Shown one piece after another: positions 7,858 through 17,117 of a stretch of DNA of 64,000 nucleotides. Under the pieces are notes generated by a model. It was not told the DNA's origin. It was given only the letters and a program-made list of their open reading frames with translations, and searched no databases. Origin of the DNA: Candidatus Sulfomarinibacteraceae bacterium (GTDB lineage Bacteria; Acidobacteriota; Thermoanaerobaculia; Thermoanaerobaculales; Sulfomarinibacteraceae). The translations under genes and the position numbers were made by a program. The stretch's first letter is position 1; each line of letters starts with the position of its first letter. The stretch covers positions 8,702-72,701 of the forward strand of contig CAVQQV010000034.1 of the NCBI GenBank assembly GCA_963714885.1, given 5' to 3'.

Positions 7858-10494
7858 ATGAACAGGACCAGAACCGGACTGTGGTGCCGCGTCCTCGCCG
7901 GGGCGTTTGGTCTCGTGCTTTTCCAGGCCTGCGCTGGACCTGAGGCCCCCATCGTGGGCTCGAGGACATTGTCCGACGGATGGGGGCTGAGGGCGGCCTC
8001 TGAAGTTTCCGGAGACGGCACCGCCGTGTCGCTGCCCGGATTCGACGCCACCGGCTGGTACTCCACCGACGTGCCGTCGACCCCGATGGCGGCGTTGGTG
8101 GCCAATGGCCTCTACCCGGACCTTTACGTCGGCAAGAACCTCGAAGGCGTGGACACCGCGCAATTCAAACAGGCGTGGTGGTACCGCACCGAGTTCGACG
8201 TCTCTCCCGAGGAGGCGAAGAGGGCGGCTCGCCTGGTTTTCAACGGCATCAACTACAGCGCCGAGATCTGGCTGAACGGGGAACGCCTGACATCCCGCAA
8301 CCAGACGGTCGGCGCCTTCCGGGTCCACGAGATCGAGGTGAGCGGGCGATTGACCGCGGGCCTCAATGCCCTGGCGGTCGCGGTCCACCCGCCGCAGCCG
8401 GGCGACTTCACGCTCGGCTTCGTCGACTGGAACCCCCGGTCCCCGGACAACAACATGGGGATCTGGCGACCGGTGGAGCTGCGGCTGACGGGCGATGTGT
8501 CGCTCGACGACGTGTACGTCCAAACCGACGTGGATCTTCCGGAAGGACTGACGGCTGGGGTCACGATCTCGGTCACCGTCAGGAATCACGGCGCCGAGCA
8601 GGTGAAATCGGTGGTGAGCGGAGAGATCGGCACCGTTGTTTTTTCCGCTGACGTCATCCTCGCGCCCGGCGAGGGACAGGTCGTTGATTTCACACCGGAC
8701 GATTATGATGTTTTGACCTTTGCCGAGCCCCGCCTGTGGTGGCCACACACCATGGGCAAACCCGATCTCTACCGGTTGGATATGAAGGCCGTGGTCGCCG
8801 GAGAGATCTCCGACACCGAAAGGACCACCTTCGGAATTCGCGAGGTTTCGACCTATATCAACGACGACGGCCACCGCGGTTTTGCGGTCAATGGCGAGCC
8901 GGTGCTGATTCGCGGCGGTGGGTGGGTCGATGATTTGCTGCTGTCGGATACTCCGGCCAAGATCGACGCCCAACTCGCGTACGTCAAGCAGATGCACCTC
9001 AACACGATCCGCTTCGAGGGGTTCTGGGGCTCGAGTCAGTACCTCTACGACGCGGCAGACCGAGAGGGCGTTCTGATCATGCCGGGCTGGAGCTGCCAGT
9101 GGGAGTGGGAGAATTACGTCGGAAAACCGGTGAGTGAGGACTACGGCGGTGTGCTGGAACCCGAAGAGATGGATCTCGTGGCGGCGTCTCTCGGCGACCA
9201 GATCCGCTTTCTGCGCAACCACCCGAGCATCTTCACCTGGGTTCTGGCCAGTGACCTGCTGCCGCACCCGGATCTTGAGCGCCGGTACGAAAAGGTACTG
9301 ACCGAAACCGACTCAACGCGCCCGCCGCTGGTGTCATGCGGCTGGCTCACCTCCGAGGTCAGCGGACCGAGCGGCGTCAAGATGAGGGGGCCCTATGACT
9401 GGGTGCCGCCGGTCTACTGGTGGTCCGACACCGAAAACGGCGGCGCCTACGGGTTCAATACCGAGACCGGCCCGGGACCGCAACCGCCGCCGCTGGAGAG
9501 CCTGCGGCGGATGCTCCCCCCCGAGCATCTGTGGCCGATCGACGAGGTGTGGAACTACCACTGCGGCCGTGGCGAGTTCAGCGACATGAACCGCTACGTG
9601 GAGGCCCTCGACCGGCGCTACGGTTCGTCGGAGTCAGTGGAGGAGTTCGCCATGAAGGCGCAGGTGGCCAGCTACGAGGCCATCCGCCCCATGTTCGAAA
9701 GCTTCGCAGTCAACCGGCCTTTGACCACAGGCCTCATCCAGTGGATGCTCAACTCGGCATGGCCGGAGACCTACTGGCAGCTCTACGACTGGTACCTGAT
9801 GCCGAACGGAGCCTTTTACGGCACGCGGGCGGCGAGCCAACCGCTGAATCTGTCCTTCAATTACGACGATTCTACGGTGTATGCGGTGAACGACTCGCGA
9901 TGGGCGCGGGAGGGGTTGACCGCGTCCGTTCGAGCGTTCGATCTCTCAGCGAAGGAGATCTTCGGGCAATCGTTCAACATCGCCCTTGAGGAGGGCGGCT
10001 CGCAGCCGCTCGTATCGCTGGCAGATCTTGAGCCGCCGACCACGGTGTGGTTCCTCGATCTCCGGTTGAACGATGCCGCGGGCGTGGAGGTGGCACGCAA
10101 CTTCTACTGGCTGTCCACGAAGCCCGACGTGCTCGATTACGACAACAACCTGTGGTATGTGACCCCAACGAAATCGTTTGCGGACTTCTCCGCCCTGAAT
10201 GATCTGCCGGTCGTGGAACTCGAGATTTCGACTTCCGTCGCCAACAACGAGGTGCAGGTCCGTCTGACCAATCCGTCAGACGGACTGGCCTTCTTCGTTG
10301 AACTTCGAGTGGTGGGTGAGGACGGCAATTCGATTCTCCCGGTATTGTGGAATGACAATTACGTTTCACTCCTCCCGGGCGAGGGCCGAGATCTGACTGC
10401 CCGGTTACCTGGGGTGAAGGATCTATCGGGGGCGGTCGTGAAGGTTCGGGGGTGGAATGTGGCGGCCACCGAGGTCGGCCTGGCGACGGATTGA
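7858..10494 (+). CDS. Glycoside hydrolase family 2 lipoprotein (exo-beta-D-glucosaminidase / beta-mannosidase-like branch)
   Basis: ATG 7858 is preceded by AGGAGG. Lipobox-like LVLFQAC. GH2 N-terminal sugar-binding motifs WWYRTEF and LVFNGINYSAEIWLNGERL, with a TIM-barrel region (HLNTIRFEGFWG, IMPGWSCQWEWE). The subfamily call is from memory of CsxA-like proteins, not a search. Confidence 0.75.
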   Translation: MNRTRTGLWCRVLAGAFGLVLFQACAGPEAPIVGSRTLSDGWGLRAASEVSGDGTAVSLPGFDATGWYSTDVPSTPMAALVANGLYPDLYVGKNLEGVDTAQFKQAWWYRTEFDVSPEEAKRAARLVFNGINYSAEIWLNGERLTSRNQTVGAFRVHEIEVSGRLTAGLNALAVAVHPPQPGDFTLGFVDWNPRSPDNNMGIWRPVELRLTGDVSLDDVYVQTDVDLPEGLTAGVTISVTVRNHGAEQVKSVVSGEIGTVVFSADVILAPGEGQVVDFTPDDYDVLTFAEPRLWWPHTMGKPDLYRLDMKAVVAGEISDTERTTFGIREVSTYINDDGHRGFAVNGEPVLIRGGGWVDDLLLSDTPAKIDAQLAYVKQMHLNTIRFEGFWGSSQYLYDAADREGVLIMPGWSCQWEWENYVGKPVSEDYGGVLEPEEMDLVAASLGDQIRFLRNHPSIFTWVLASDLLPHPDLERRYEKVLTETDSTRPPLVSCGWLTSEVSGPSGVKMRGPYDWVPPVYWWSDTENGGAYGFNTETGPGPQPPPLESLRRMLPPEHLWPIDEVWNYHCGRGEFSDMNRYVEALDRRYGSSESVEEFAMKAQVASYEAIRPMFESFAVNRPLTTGLIQWMLNSAWPETYWQLYDWYLMPNGAFYGTRAASQPLNLSFNYDDSTVYAVNDSRWAREGLTASVRAFDLSAKEIFGQSFNIALEEGGSQPLVSLADLEPPTTVWFLDLRLNDAAGVEVARNFYWLSTKPDVLDYDNNLWYVTPTKSFADFSALNDLPVVELEISTSVANNEVQVRLTNPSDGLAFFVELRVVGEDGNSILPVLWNDNYVSLLPGEGRDLTARLPGVKDLSGAVVKVRGWNVAATEVGLATD

Positions 10495-10521
10495 CGGGAA
10501 CCCAGGGAAAGAGGTGAACTG

Positions 10522-11799
10522 ATGAAACGCAGCGTGGGGATCGTGCTTCTCGTCTTTCTGATCTTCTTCGTGGTGTCCTTCCTGACAAATATTCTCGGAC
10601 CTTTGGTGCCGGACATCATCACGAGCTTCAGCCTCAGTCTGACCCTCGCGGGCTTTCTGCCGTTTTCGTTCTTTGTCGCCTATGGGGTGATGTCGATCCC
10701 GGCCGGAGTCCTGCTCGACCGTTTCGGGCAAAAGCCGATTCTGATCTCCGCCTTCGTGCTCGCCTTTGCGGGATCATTCCTCTTTGCCTCAATCCCAACC
10801 TTCACGGTCGCCCTGGTGTCGCTCTTCATGATCGGCATCGGCATGACCATGACCCAGGTGGCCATCAACCCTCTGCTGCGGGTTGCCGGCGGCGAGGAAA
10901 ACTTTGCTTTCTATTCGGTTATGGGTCAGTTGGTCTTCGGGTCGGCTTCCTTCTTCAGCCCCCACGTCTACTCCTACCTGGTGACAAACCTGCAGGGCGA
11001 TGAGACTGTCGGTGGAGGTGTGCTCGGTCTGTTGGCTCGAGTGGTGCCCTCCAACCTGCCGTGGGTCTCCCTCTACTGGGTGTTCACGGTGGTCACCTTG
11101 GCCATGATCCTGGTGCTGTTCTTCGTGCGGCTGCCGAAGGTCGAGCTGGCGGAGGACGAAAAGGCCGGCGCCGCATCGTCCTACCTCGAGCTCCTCAAGA
11201 ACCGCTACGTCTGGCTCTTTTTCTTCGGCATCTTCGCCTATGTGGGCTCCGAGCAGGGCGTGGCCAATTGGGTGTCGCGCTTCCTCGAGACCTACCACGG
11301 GCTCGATCCCCAGGTGGCGGGTGCACGGGTGGTGTCTTACTTCTGGGGCCTGCTCACGGCAGGCTGTCTGCTCGGGCTCGTCCTCCTTAAACTTTTTGAC
11401 GCCCGCAAGGTGCTGGTCTGGTTCACCGCGGCGTCCATGGCCAGCCTTGCCGTCGCCCTGTTCGGGCCGACCAGCGTGTCGTACATCGGCTTCATGATGG
11501 TGGGCTTCTTTCTCTCGGTGATGTGGTCCGTGATCTTCTCGCTGGCGCTCAACTCGGTGGCCGAACACCACGGGTCCTTTTCGGGGATCTTGTGCACGGG
11601 CATCGTCGGTGGTGCGGTGGTGTCGGCCCTGGTGGGCTGGCTCGGCGACCATTTCGGTCTCAGGGCCGGCATGATGGTGCTCTTCGTCACCCTCGGCTAC
11701 ATCGGATCGATCGGTCTGTGGGCGAAGCCCCTGATCGACAACGCCACTGTCAGTCCGGGTGAACTGCTCCGGTCGCTCACCGGGCGCAAGGCGGATTGA
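10522..11799 (+). CDS. MFS sugar:H+ symporter (FucP/GluP glucose-galactose-fucose transporter family)
   Basis: About 12 predicted TM segments. The N-terminus FFVVSFLTNILGPLVPDIITSFSLSLTLAGFLPFSFFVAYGVMSIPAGVLLDRFGQK is typical of FucP/GluP-type MFS proteins. Confidence 0.8.
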   Translation: MKRSVGIVLLVFLIFFVVSFLTNILGPLVPDIITSFSLSLTLAGFLPFSFFVAYGVMSIPAGVLLDRFGQKPILISAFVLAFAGSFLFASIPTFTVALVSLFMIGIGMTMTQVAINPLLRVAGGEENFAFYSVMGQLVFGSASFFSPHVYSYLVTNLQGDETVGGGVLGLLARVVPSNLPWVSLYWVFTVVTLAMILVLFFVRLPKVELAEDEKAGAASSYLELLKNRYVWLFFFGIFAYVGSEQGVANWVSRFLETYHGLDPQVAGARVVSYFWGLLTAGCLLGLVLLKLFDARKVLVWFTAASMASLAVALFGPTSVSYIGFMMVGFFLSVMWSVIFSLALNSVAEHHGSFSGILCTGIVGGAVVSALVGWLGDHFGLRAGMMVLFVTLGYIGSIGLWAKPLIDNATVSPGELLRSLTGRKAD

Positions 11800-11804
11800 A
11801 TTTC

Positions 11805-12656
11805 ATGCGAGAAACCATCATCGGCGTCGATCTCGGCGGCACCAAGGTGTCGGTAGGCGCGGTGGCCGGCGGCGAGGTGCACGGGCTGGTGCGTCGCGAG
11901 GTGCCGGCTGAGGAAGCAGCCGAGGTGGTCTTCGACGCCATCGCCGACACGATTGCGGAGGTCTTCGATTCTTCGGTGGTCGGCATCGGCTGCGGTGTGC
12001 CGAGCGTGGTCGACGTGGAGCGGGGTGTCGTCTTCGACGTGGAGAATATCCCTTCGTGGAAGGAGATGCACCTCAAGGCGGCCCTCGAGGATCGTTTCGG
12101 CGTTCCGGTTTCGGTCAACAACGACGCCAACGCCTTTGTGGTCGGTGAATATGTATTCGGCAAAGGCCGGGGCTTTCACAACGTCGTCGGCATGACCCTG
12201 GGCACCGGCCTCGGTACGGGCGTGATCGTCGCCGGCAGGCTCTACAGCGGCGCCAACTGCGGTGTCGGCGAGATCGGAATGATGACGCATAAGGGGCTGA
12301 CCCTCGAAGAAAGCTGTTCGGGGCCGTTCTTCGTGCGTGAGTACGGGGTCGGGCGGCGAGGTGATTTTTTCGCGGGCGTTGGATGGCGATCCAGAGGCGC
12401 TCGAGAGTCTTCGATCGTTACGGACGCGAGCTTGGCGAGGCGGTCATGATCGCCCTCTACGCCTACGATCCCGACGCTCTGATCTTCGGCGGTTCTATCA
12501 GCGCCGCCTTCGACTTCTTCAAGGCCGGGCTCCGAGGAAGGGCTCGATCGGTTCGCGTACCCCCGCGTGGTCGAGCGTCTGGTGGTCGACCGATCCGAGC
12601 TGGAGAATGCCGCGGTCCTCGGGGCGGCGGCGTTGTACCTGGACGCCGTGAGGTAG
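11805..12656 (+). pseudogene. ROK-family sugar kinase, three frame changes in the 3' third
   Basis: Motifs IIGVDLGGTKV, VNNDANAFVVGEY, GMTLGTGLGTGVI and CGVGEIGMM. The protein reads on only by switching frame: 0>1 (~12345-12353), 1>2 (~12406) and 2>0 (~12532). The segments read ..GGEVIFSRALDGDPEALES / VFDRYGRELGEAVMIALYAYDPDALIFGGSISAAFDFFKAGL / EEGLDRFAYPRVVERLVVDRSELENAAVLGAAALYLDAVR*. Stop is TAG 12654-12656. Confidence 0.75.
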
Positions 12657-12669
12657 GCGGAGGTCTGTG

Positions 12670-13605
12670 ATGACACAAACGGAACACTGTCGGGAGCTCG
12701 TGGTGCTCATGTGCGCGGTCTCGATCATCGCCGGGTGCGCCACGGCGCGAAAAGAAGCGGTTTCTGAAAAACCCGTGCTCGGAGCGGGATTCCGCTACTC
12801 GGCCTACGGGCCCGACTACAACCCCGGCCCGCGCTACTGGGTGAGGGTCGGTGAGGAGATGGCGGCCCGCTTCGATGGCGCCGTGCCGGAGGCCATCTGG
12901 ATCACCGGCCGGCTCAAGGGCGATGGGACCCTGCTCAACTTTCCGGTCGACGTCAAAAATCCCTTGATCCTCGGTTCCGAGAGCGACCTCGACGAGGCGG
13001 TTCTCGACCTCTTCGATGAGCACGGCTACCGGGTGTGGCTGCAGGTGGAATCGGGTCACGCGCCCGTCGAGGAGCTGATCCACCTCGTGCTCGATCGTTA
13101 CGGGCACCACCCATCGGTGGTGGGCTTCGGGATTGATGTGGAGTGGTACGAGTCCACCGAAACACCTGAAGGCAAGGCGGTGACTGACGAAGAGGCGGCG
13201 GCGTGGCTGGCTGCCGTGCGCGCTCACAACCCCAACTACCGCCTGTTCCTCAAGCACTGGGAGAGCGGCAAGATGCCGCCCACCGTTCGCGACGGGCTCC
13301 TCTTTGTCGACGACAGTCAGATCCTGCCGTCGCTCGAGGCCATGGTCGACGAGTTCGCCGAGTGGGGCCGGAGCTTCGCGCCGGCGCCGGTGGCCTTCCA
13401 GTACGGCTATCCTTCTGACCGCCCGTGGTGGTCGCAGCTCGAAGATCCGCCGCGGGACATCGGGCGCGCGATCCTCGAAAGGGTTCCCAATGCCCAGGGC
13501 CTTTATTGGGTGGATTTCACGGTGCTGCACCTCTTTCCACCGGGCCCCGACGACGAGCCCCCGCCGGAGGAGGATCCCGCTGACGAGGAAGTTGAGTCGA
13601 AGTGA
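12670..13605 (+). CDS. Uncharacterised lipoprotein, possibly a glycosidase-like TIM barrel
   Basis: Lipobox VSIIAGC. There are no motifs I can assign to a family. It sits inside a sugar operon, and its stop overlaps the next start (GTGA at 13602-13605). Confidence 0.55.
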   Translation: MTQTEHCRELVVLMCAVSIIAGCATARKEAVSEKPVLGAGFRYSAYGPDYNPGPRYWVRVGEEMAARFDGAVPEAIWITGRLKGDGTLLNFPVDVKNPLILGSESDLDEAVLDLFDEHGYRVWLQVESGHAPVEELIHLVLDRYGHHPSVVGFGIDVEWYESTETPEGKAVTDEEAAAWLAAVRAHNPNYRLFLKHWESGKMPPTVRDGLLFVDDSQILPSLEAMVDEFAEWGRSFAPAPVAFQYGYPSDRPWWSQLEDPPRDIGRAILERVPNAQGLYWVDFTVLHLFPPGPDDEPPPEEDPADEEVESK

Positions 13606-14705
13606 GGGCGGCGGGGATCCGAACTCTCGCTCTCGTCCTTGCCGCCGTTGCGATCGGCTGTGGAGGAGCGCCGCCCGAGCCGAACGCCGAACCTGTCATC
13701 GGCGTCAAAATTTACGAGACCGATCGAGACCTTCCCGAGCTCTTCAACGAGTGGCGGGAGCTCGGCGTCAATACTGTCTTTGTGGCCAGAAAACTCGCCT
13801 CCAGAGACGAGTTCCACGCGCTTGCGGCGCGAGATGATATCGAAGTGTTCGTGATCTTCCCCGTCTTCTACGCTCCCGAAGAGCTCGAGGAGAACCCGGA
13901 CTTGTGGGCGATCAAGACCGACGGGGGGAGAGCGAAGGAAGAGTGGGTGGAGTTCGCGTGTCCGAACCGTCGCGAATTTCGGGCGCAGCGGGTTCACGAG
14001 GCGGTGGAGATCGCCCGCATGTGCCAGCCGACAGGGCTGAGCATCGACTTCATCCGCTATTTTTCGTTCTGGGAGATGGTGGCGCCGGATCGTGATCCTG
14101 CGACACTGCCCGACACCTGTTACTGCCCGGTGTGCCTCCAAGCCTTCGCCGAGTTCGCCGGCCTGGATCAGGCGTCGATCCCTACCGACCCGGAGCTCGC
14201 GGCTGAGTGGATAGCCGCCAACGTCGCGGACCGGTGGGTCGACTTCAAGTGCGCCACGATCACCTCCCTGGCCTCCGAGATCGCTGCGGCTGTCCGCGAG
14301 GTCGATCCGGGCATCGCGGTCAACCTCCACCTGGTCCCCTGGCGAGCCGACGACTTCGACGGGGCCATCACGCGCATCACGGGTCAGGATCGTGCCGCCC
14401 TCGGCGGTCTCGCAGACTTCCTGTCACCCATGTGCTACTCGTTCATGCTCCATCGCGAGCCTTCCTGGATCGCTTCCGTGGTGGAGGACGTGTCACGCGT
14501 TACTTCGTGCCCGGTTCTGCCGAGCATTCAGGTCGCGGCGGCCTACAGCGAGGGAGAGAGCGTCTCGAGTACTGAGTTCGAGGCCTGTTTGCGTGCCGCC
14601 CTCGAGCCACCGTCGGCCGGCGTCGTCTTCTGGTCGTGGGACCACATCGAGGCCGATCCCGCGAAGGCGTCGGTGATTCGACGGGTGGTAGGTGGCGGGG
14701 AGTGA
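13602..14705 (+). CDS. Uncharacterised lipoprotein, glycoside-hydrolase-like (GHL10/DUF187-like guess) with a CxCPxC motif
   Basis: GTG 13602. Lipobox AVAIGCG. Alternating beta/alpha pattern (VNTVFVA, IEVFVIFPVFY, GLSIDFIRYF, AVNLHLVPW, VVFWSWDH). Cys cluster DTCYCPVCLQAF. The family assignment is weak. Confidence 0.5.
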   Translation: MRAAGIRTLALVLAAVAIGCGGAPPEPNAEPVIGVKIYETDRDLPELFNEWRELGVNTVFVARKLASRDEFHALAARDDIEVFVIFPVFYAPEELEENPDLWAIKTDGGRAKEEWVEFACPNRREFRAQRVHEAVEIARMCQPTGLSIDFIRYFSFWEMVAPDRDPATLPDTCYCPVCLQAFAEFAGLDQASIPTDPELAAEWIAANVADRWVDFKCATITSLASEIAAAVREVDPGIAVNLHLVPWRADDFDGAITRITGQDRAALGGLADFLSPMCYSFMLHREPSWIASVVEDVSRVTSCPVLPSIQVAAAYSEGESVSSTEFEACLRAALEPPSAGVVFWSWDHIEADPAKASVIRRVVGGGE

Positions 14706-14709
14706 AGAC

Positions 14710-15087
14710 TCAGACGTCCGGACGTGTTTTCTCGGGGTCCTGAGGGTTCGACGACAACTGCGTCGAGAAATGCCGGTACAACATCCAGGTGAGCACCACC
14801 GACACCAGGATGATCAGGGCCGGAAGGATCAGCCCGAGCGGATTGGCGGTCACGGCGCCCCACAGTCCGGGCCGGTCGCTGCCGGCGGCGGCGGCTGTCA
14901 GGACCGCTCCCGTCACGGCTACGGTGACGACCCCGATGATCACGACTTTCGCTCTCGGAGTGAAGATCGTCTCGGCCATGAGGATCCGCTTGCGGTAATT
15001 GATATAGGCGAGGAGGAGTCCGAGCGAGCTGACGGCGTACGCCATGATCATTCCGAGGATCTTGCCGTGGGCCGGGCTCATTTCCAT
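14710..15087 (-). CDS. Small polytopic membrane protein (unknown function)
   Basis: ATG 15087 lies 1 nt after the stop of the preceding small ORF. There are 3-4 hydrophobic helices (ILGMIMAYAVSSLGLLLAYI, VVIIGVVTVAVTGAVLTAAAA, LGLILPALIILVSVVLTWML). The track ORF start at 15147 is an over-extension. Confidence 0.5.
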   Translation of the reverse strand: MEMSPAHGKILGMIMAYAVSSLGLLLAYINYRKRILMAETIFTPRAKVVIIGVVTVAVTGAVLTAAAAGSDRPGLWGAVTANPLGLILPALIILVSVVLTWMLYRHFSTQLSSNPQDPEKTRPDV

Positions 15088-15088
15088 G

Positions 15089-15379
15089 TCATCGCTCCCA
15101 CCGGTTCTGTTTCTCGACCGTCTCGAGGAAGCCCGCCTGCTTGGCATCGAAGGCGTCGGAGAGTGCTCGCAGCTTGGGGTCGATCACCCGGAACGTGAGC
15201 CAGGTGAAGATGGCTGAGAGCGCGAGGGTGAAGAAGCCCCACGGGCGCAGCAGCAGCGAGCCCGCGACCCCTAGGGTGACGAATACGAAGGCCAACACCC
15301 CGAAGACGCAGGCCGCAAGATCGTGCCACGTCCAGTGGTCCGCCTCGTCTCCCGTCCACGCTCTCGTGAAGAGACTCAT
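15089..15379 (-). CDS. Small two-TM membrane protein (unknown function)
   Basis: ATG 15379 overlaps the symporter stop (ATGA at 15376-15379). Helices LAACVFGVLAFVFVTLGVAGSLLL and FFTLALSAIFTWLTF. Confidence 0.5.
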   Translation of the reverse strand: MSLFTRAWTGDEADHWTWHDLAACVFGVLAFVFVTLGVAGSLLLRPWGFFTLALSAIFTWLTFRVIDPKLRALSDAFDAKQAGFLETVEKQNRWER

Positions 15380-16992
15380 CGCAGGTCTCCCTCCGTGACC
15401 AGGAGGCCGCGCCGTGCGGCCTCATCGCGAATCGGGCCCCAGAAGCCGAGTGGTCGTGCCTGCACGTAGTAGCGGACCAGGTGCTCGCGGTCGTCCGGCT
15501 CGGTGAGGAAGGTGACCGGCAGGTAGACCAGCGAAACCAGCGCGGCCAGCAACCAGAAGTTGAGCCAGTTGGGCAGCTCCGGCAAAACCCCGATCTCCGG
15601 CAGGACCCAGACCACCAGCCAACTCATGACGAGATTCGCGATCCAGCTCGAGAGGTAGGCCCAGGAGTTGAATCGCCACCACACGACCTGCAGGATGGAT
15701 GGAATCCAGATCCCGGCAGCCTGCAGCCAGAGGGCGAAAATCAACCACGAGGTGATGGACTGCATCGTCAGACCGAGGAGAAACGACCCGAGCAATAGCA
15801 GGAGGGTGTTGAGCCGCCCGACTTTGACGAGTTGTTTTTCGGACGCCCCTGGATTGACGTAATGGTGATAGAGATCGCGCGTGGCGTAAAGGGCGCCGAG
15901 ATTGAGGTGGGTCGAGATAGTCGACAGGTGGATGGCGATGATGCCGGCGAAAAATATGCCGATCATGCCGGCCGGCAGGTGCTCGAACCCGAGCCGGAAC
16001 CAACCCATTTCGTACTGGGCTTCGGAGCCGATGGCGGGGTACATGACGAAGAAGGCGAGGATGGCGACGGCCCACACGCTGTTCCGGATCAGGGTCACGA
16101 AACCGCCGGCCCAGATCGAGTAGCTGGCGTCGCGGACGGTGCGGGCCGACTGGATCCGCTGCGCCTCCGGGTACCAGTCGATGAAGTTGCCCATGCCGAT
16201 GCCGCCGAGGGTCGCCATCACCAGCAGAGTCAGAAAGTCTGCGGTGTAGAACCCGTTCGGGTCGAGGCCCCAGAAGCCGTCGAAGTGAAACGGGTTCAGG
16301 CGCCAGCTCTCGCCGAGCTCGCCGAAGCGCGCCACGATGGCCGAAGGTCCGCCGGCCGCCGCGATGCCCCAGAACGACACCAGGGTGATGACCAGGAAGC
16401 TGATGACGCCCTGCTGGAAATCAGCCATGATCACGCCCCAGTAGCCTGCCGCCAGCACGTAGACTGCGCAGATCGAGGTAAAGAGGATGACGCCGATCCA
16501 ATTGGGCCACGCAAAGAGGTAGGTGCAGATCTTGCCCATGGCAGCCGACACCCAGGCGAGGACGAACATGTTCATGAAGGTCTGCCAGCCGGCCAGCCAA
16601 CCCCGCAGCAGTTCGGCGCCGAGGCCGGAATAGCGGAGGGTCTGCCATTCGGCCTGGCTCATGGCGAGGCTGCGGCGGAAGATGCGGGTCGACACAATGG
16701 CGGAGATAGCGGTCCAGGCGGTGAAGAACGGGAACCAGATCCCGCGCATGCCCCACTTGTAGATGGTGCCGCAGATCCACATCGGGGTGTCGGTGGCGGT
16801 GTGGGTGGCGTACACCGAGGTCGCCGGCAGCCACCACGGCAGCCCGCGCCCGGCGAGGAAGAAGTCGGCCTCGGATCGTTTGCCGAGACGGTAGAAGATG
16901 ATGCCGCAGGCGATCATGATGGTGATGAGCAGGACCACCCACACCCAGTCGAGAGGGGTGAAAACCACCGTGATGCCGGCGGAATCAGTCAC
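15376..16992 (-). CDS. Sodium:solute symporter family (SSS) transporter
   Basis: 538-aa polytopic protein. The N-terminal pattern FFLAGRGLPWWLPATSVYATHTATDTP is typical of the SSS family. It lies downstream of the GH94 phosphorylase on the same strand. Confidence 0.85.
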   Translation of the reverse strand: MTDSAGITVVFTPLDWVWVVLLITIMIACGIIFYRLGKRSEADFFLAGRGLPWWLPATSVYATHTATDTPMWICGTIYKWGMRGIWFPFFTAWTAISAIVSTRIFRRSLAMSQAEWQTLRYSGLGAELLRGWLAGWQTFMNMFVLAWVSAAMGKICTYLFAWPNWIGVILFTSICAVYVLAAGYWGVIMADFQQGVISFLVITLVSFWGIAAAGGPSAIVARFGELGESWRLNPFHFDGFWGLDPNGFYTADFLTLLVMATLGGIGMGNFIDWYPEAQRIQSARTVRDASYSIWAGGFVTLIRNSVWAVAILAFFVMYPAIGSEAQYEMGWFRLGFEHLPAGMIGIFFAGIIAIHLSTISTHLNLGALYATRDLYHHYVNPGASEKQLVKVGRLNTLLLLLGSFLLGLTMQSITSWLIFALWLQAAGIWIPSILQVVWWRFNSWAYLSSWIANLVMSWLVVWVLPEIGVLPELPNWLNFWLLAALVSLVYLPVTFLTEPDDREHLVRYYVQARPLGFWGPIRDEAARRGLLVTEGDLR

Positions 16993-17117
16993 TCCGCACC
17001 CTTGGTGCCGATTTCATTCTTGGTGCCGCACATGATGCCGTGTCAATTGTACACGGAGTCCTGCAGCACCCTGTACCGGCCCCCGGGCGCCGAAGCCGGA
17101 CCGGGCGGACAGGAAGC

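Noticed and set aside
5707-9267. 1186-aa minus-strand ORF, the longest in the track
   Set aside because: It is codon-registered antisense to two well-supported + strand genes (sulfatase-like/TPR and GH2). It even crosses their intergenic gap. Its composition is dominated by R/G/V/D/H/P and it has no recognisable motif. This is a typical shadow frame of a GC-rich genome.
12463-14330. Minus-strand ORFs 12463..13530 (355 aa) and 13503..14330 (275 aa); also 20783..22048 (421 aa), 43119..44225 (368 aa), 54282..55616 + (444 aa) and 58056..58964 + (302 aa)
   Set aside because: All lie opposite genes with signal peptides or family motifs. All have the Arg/Gly/Pro/His-rich look of non-coding frames.
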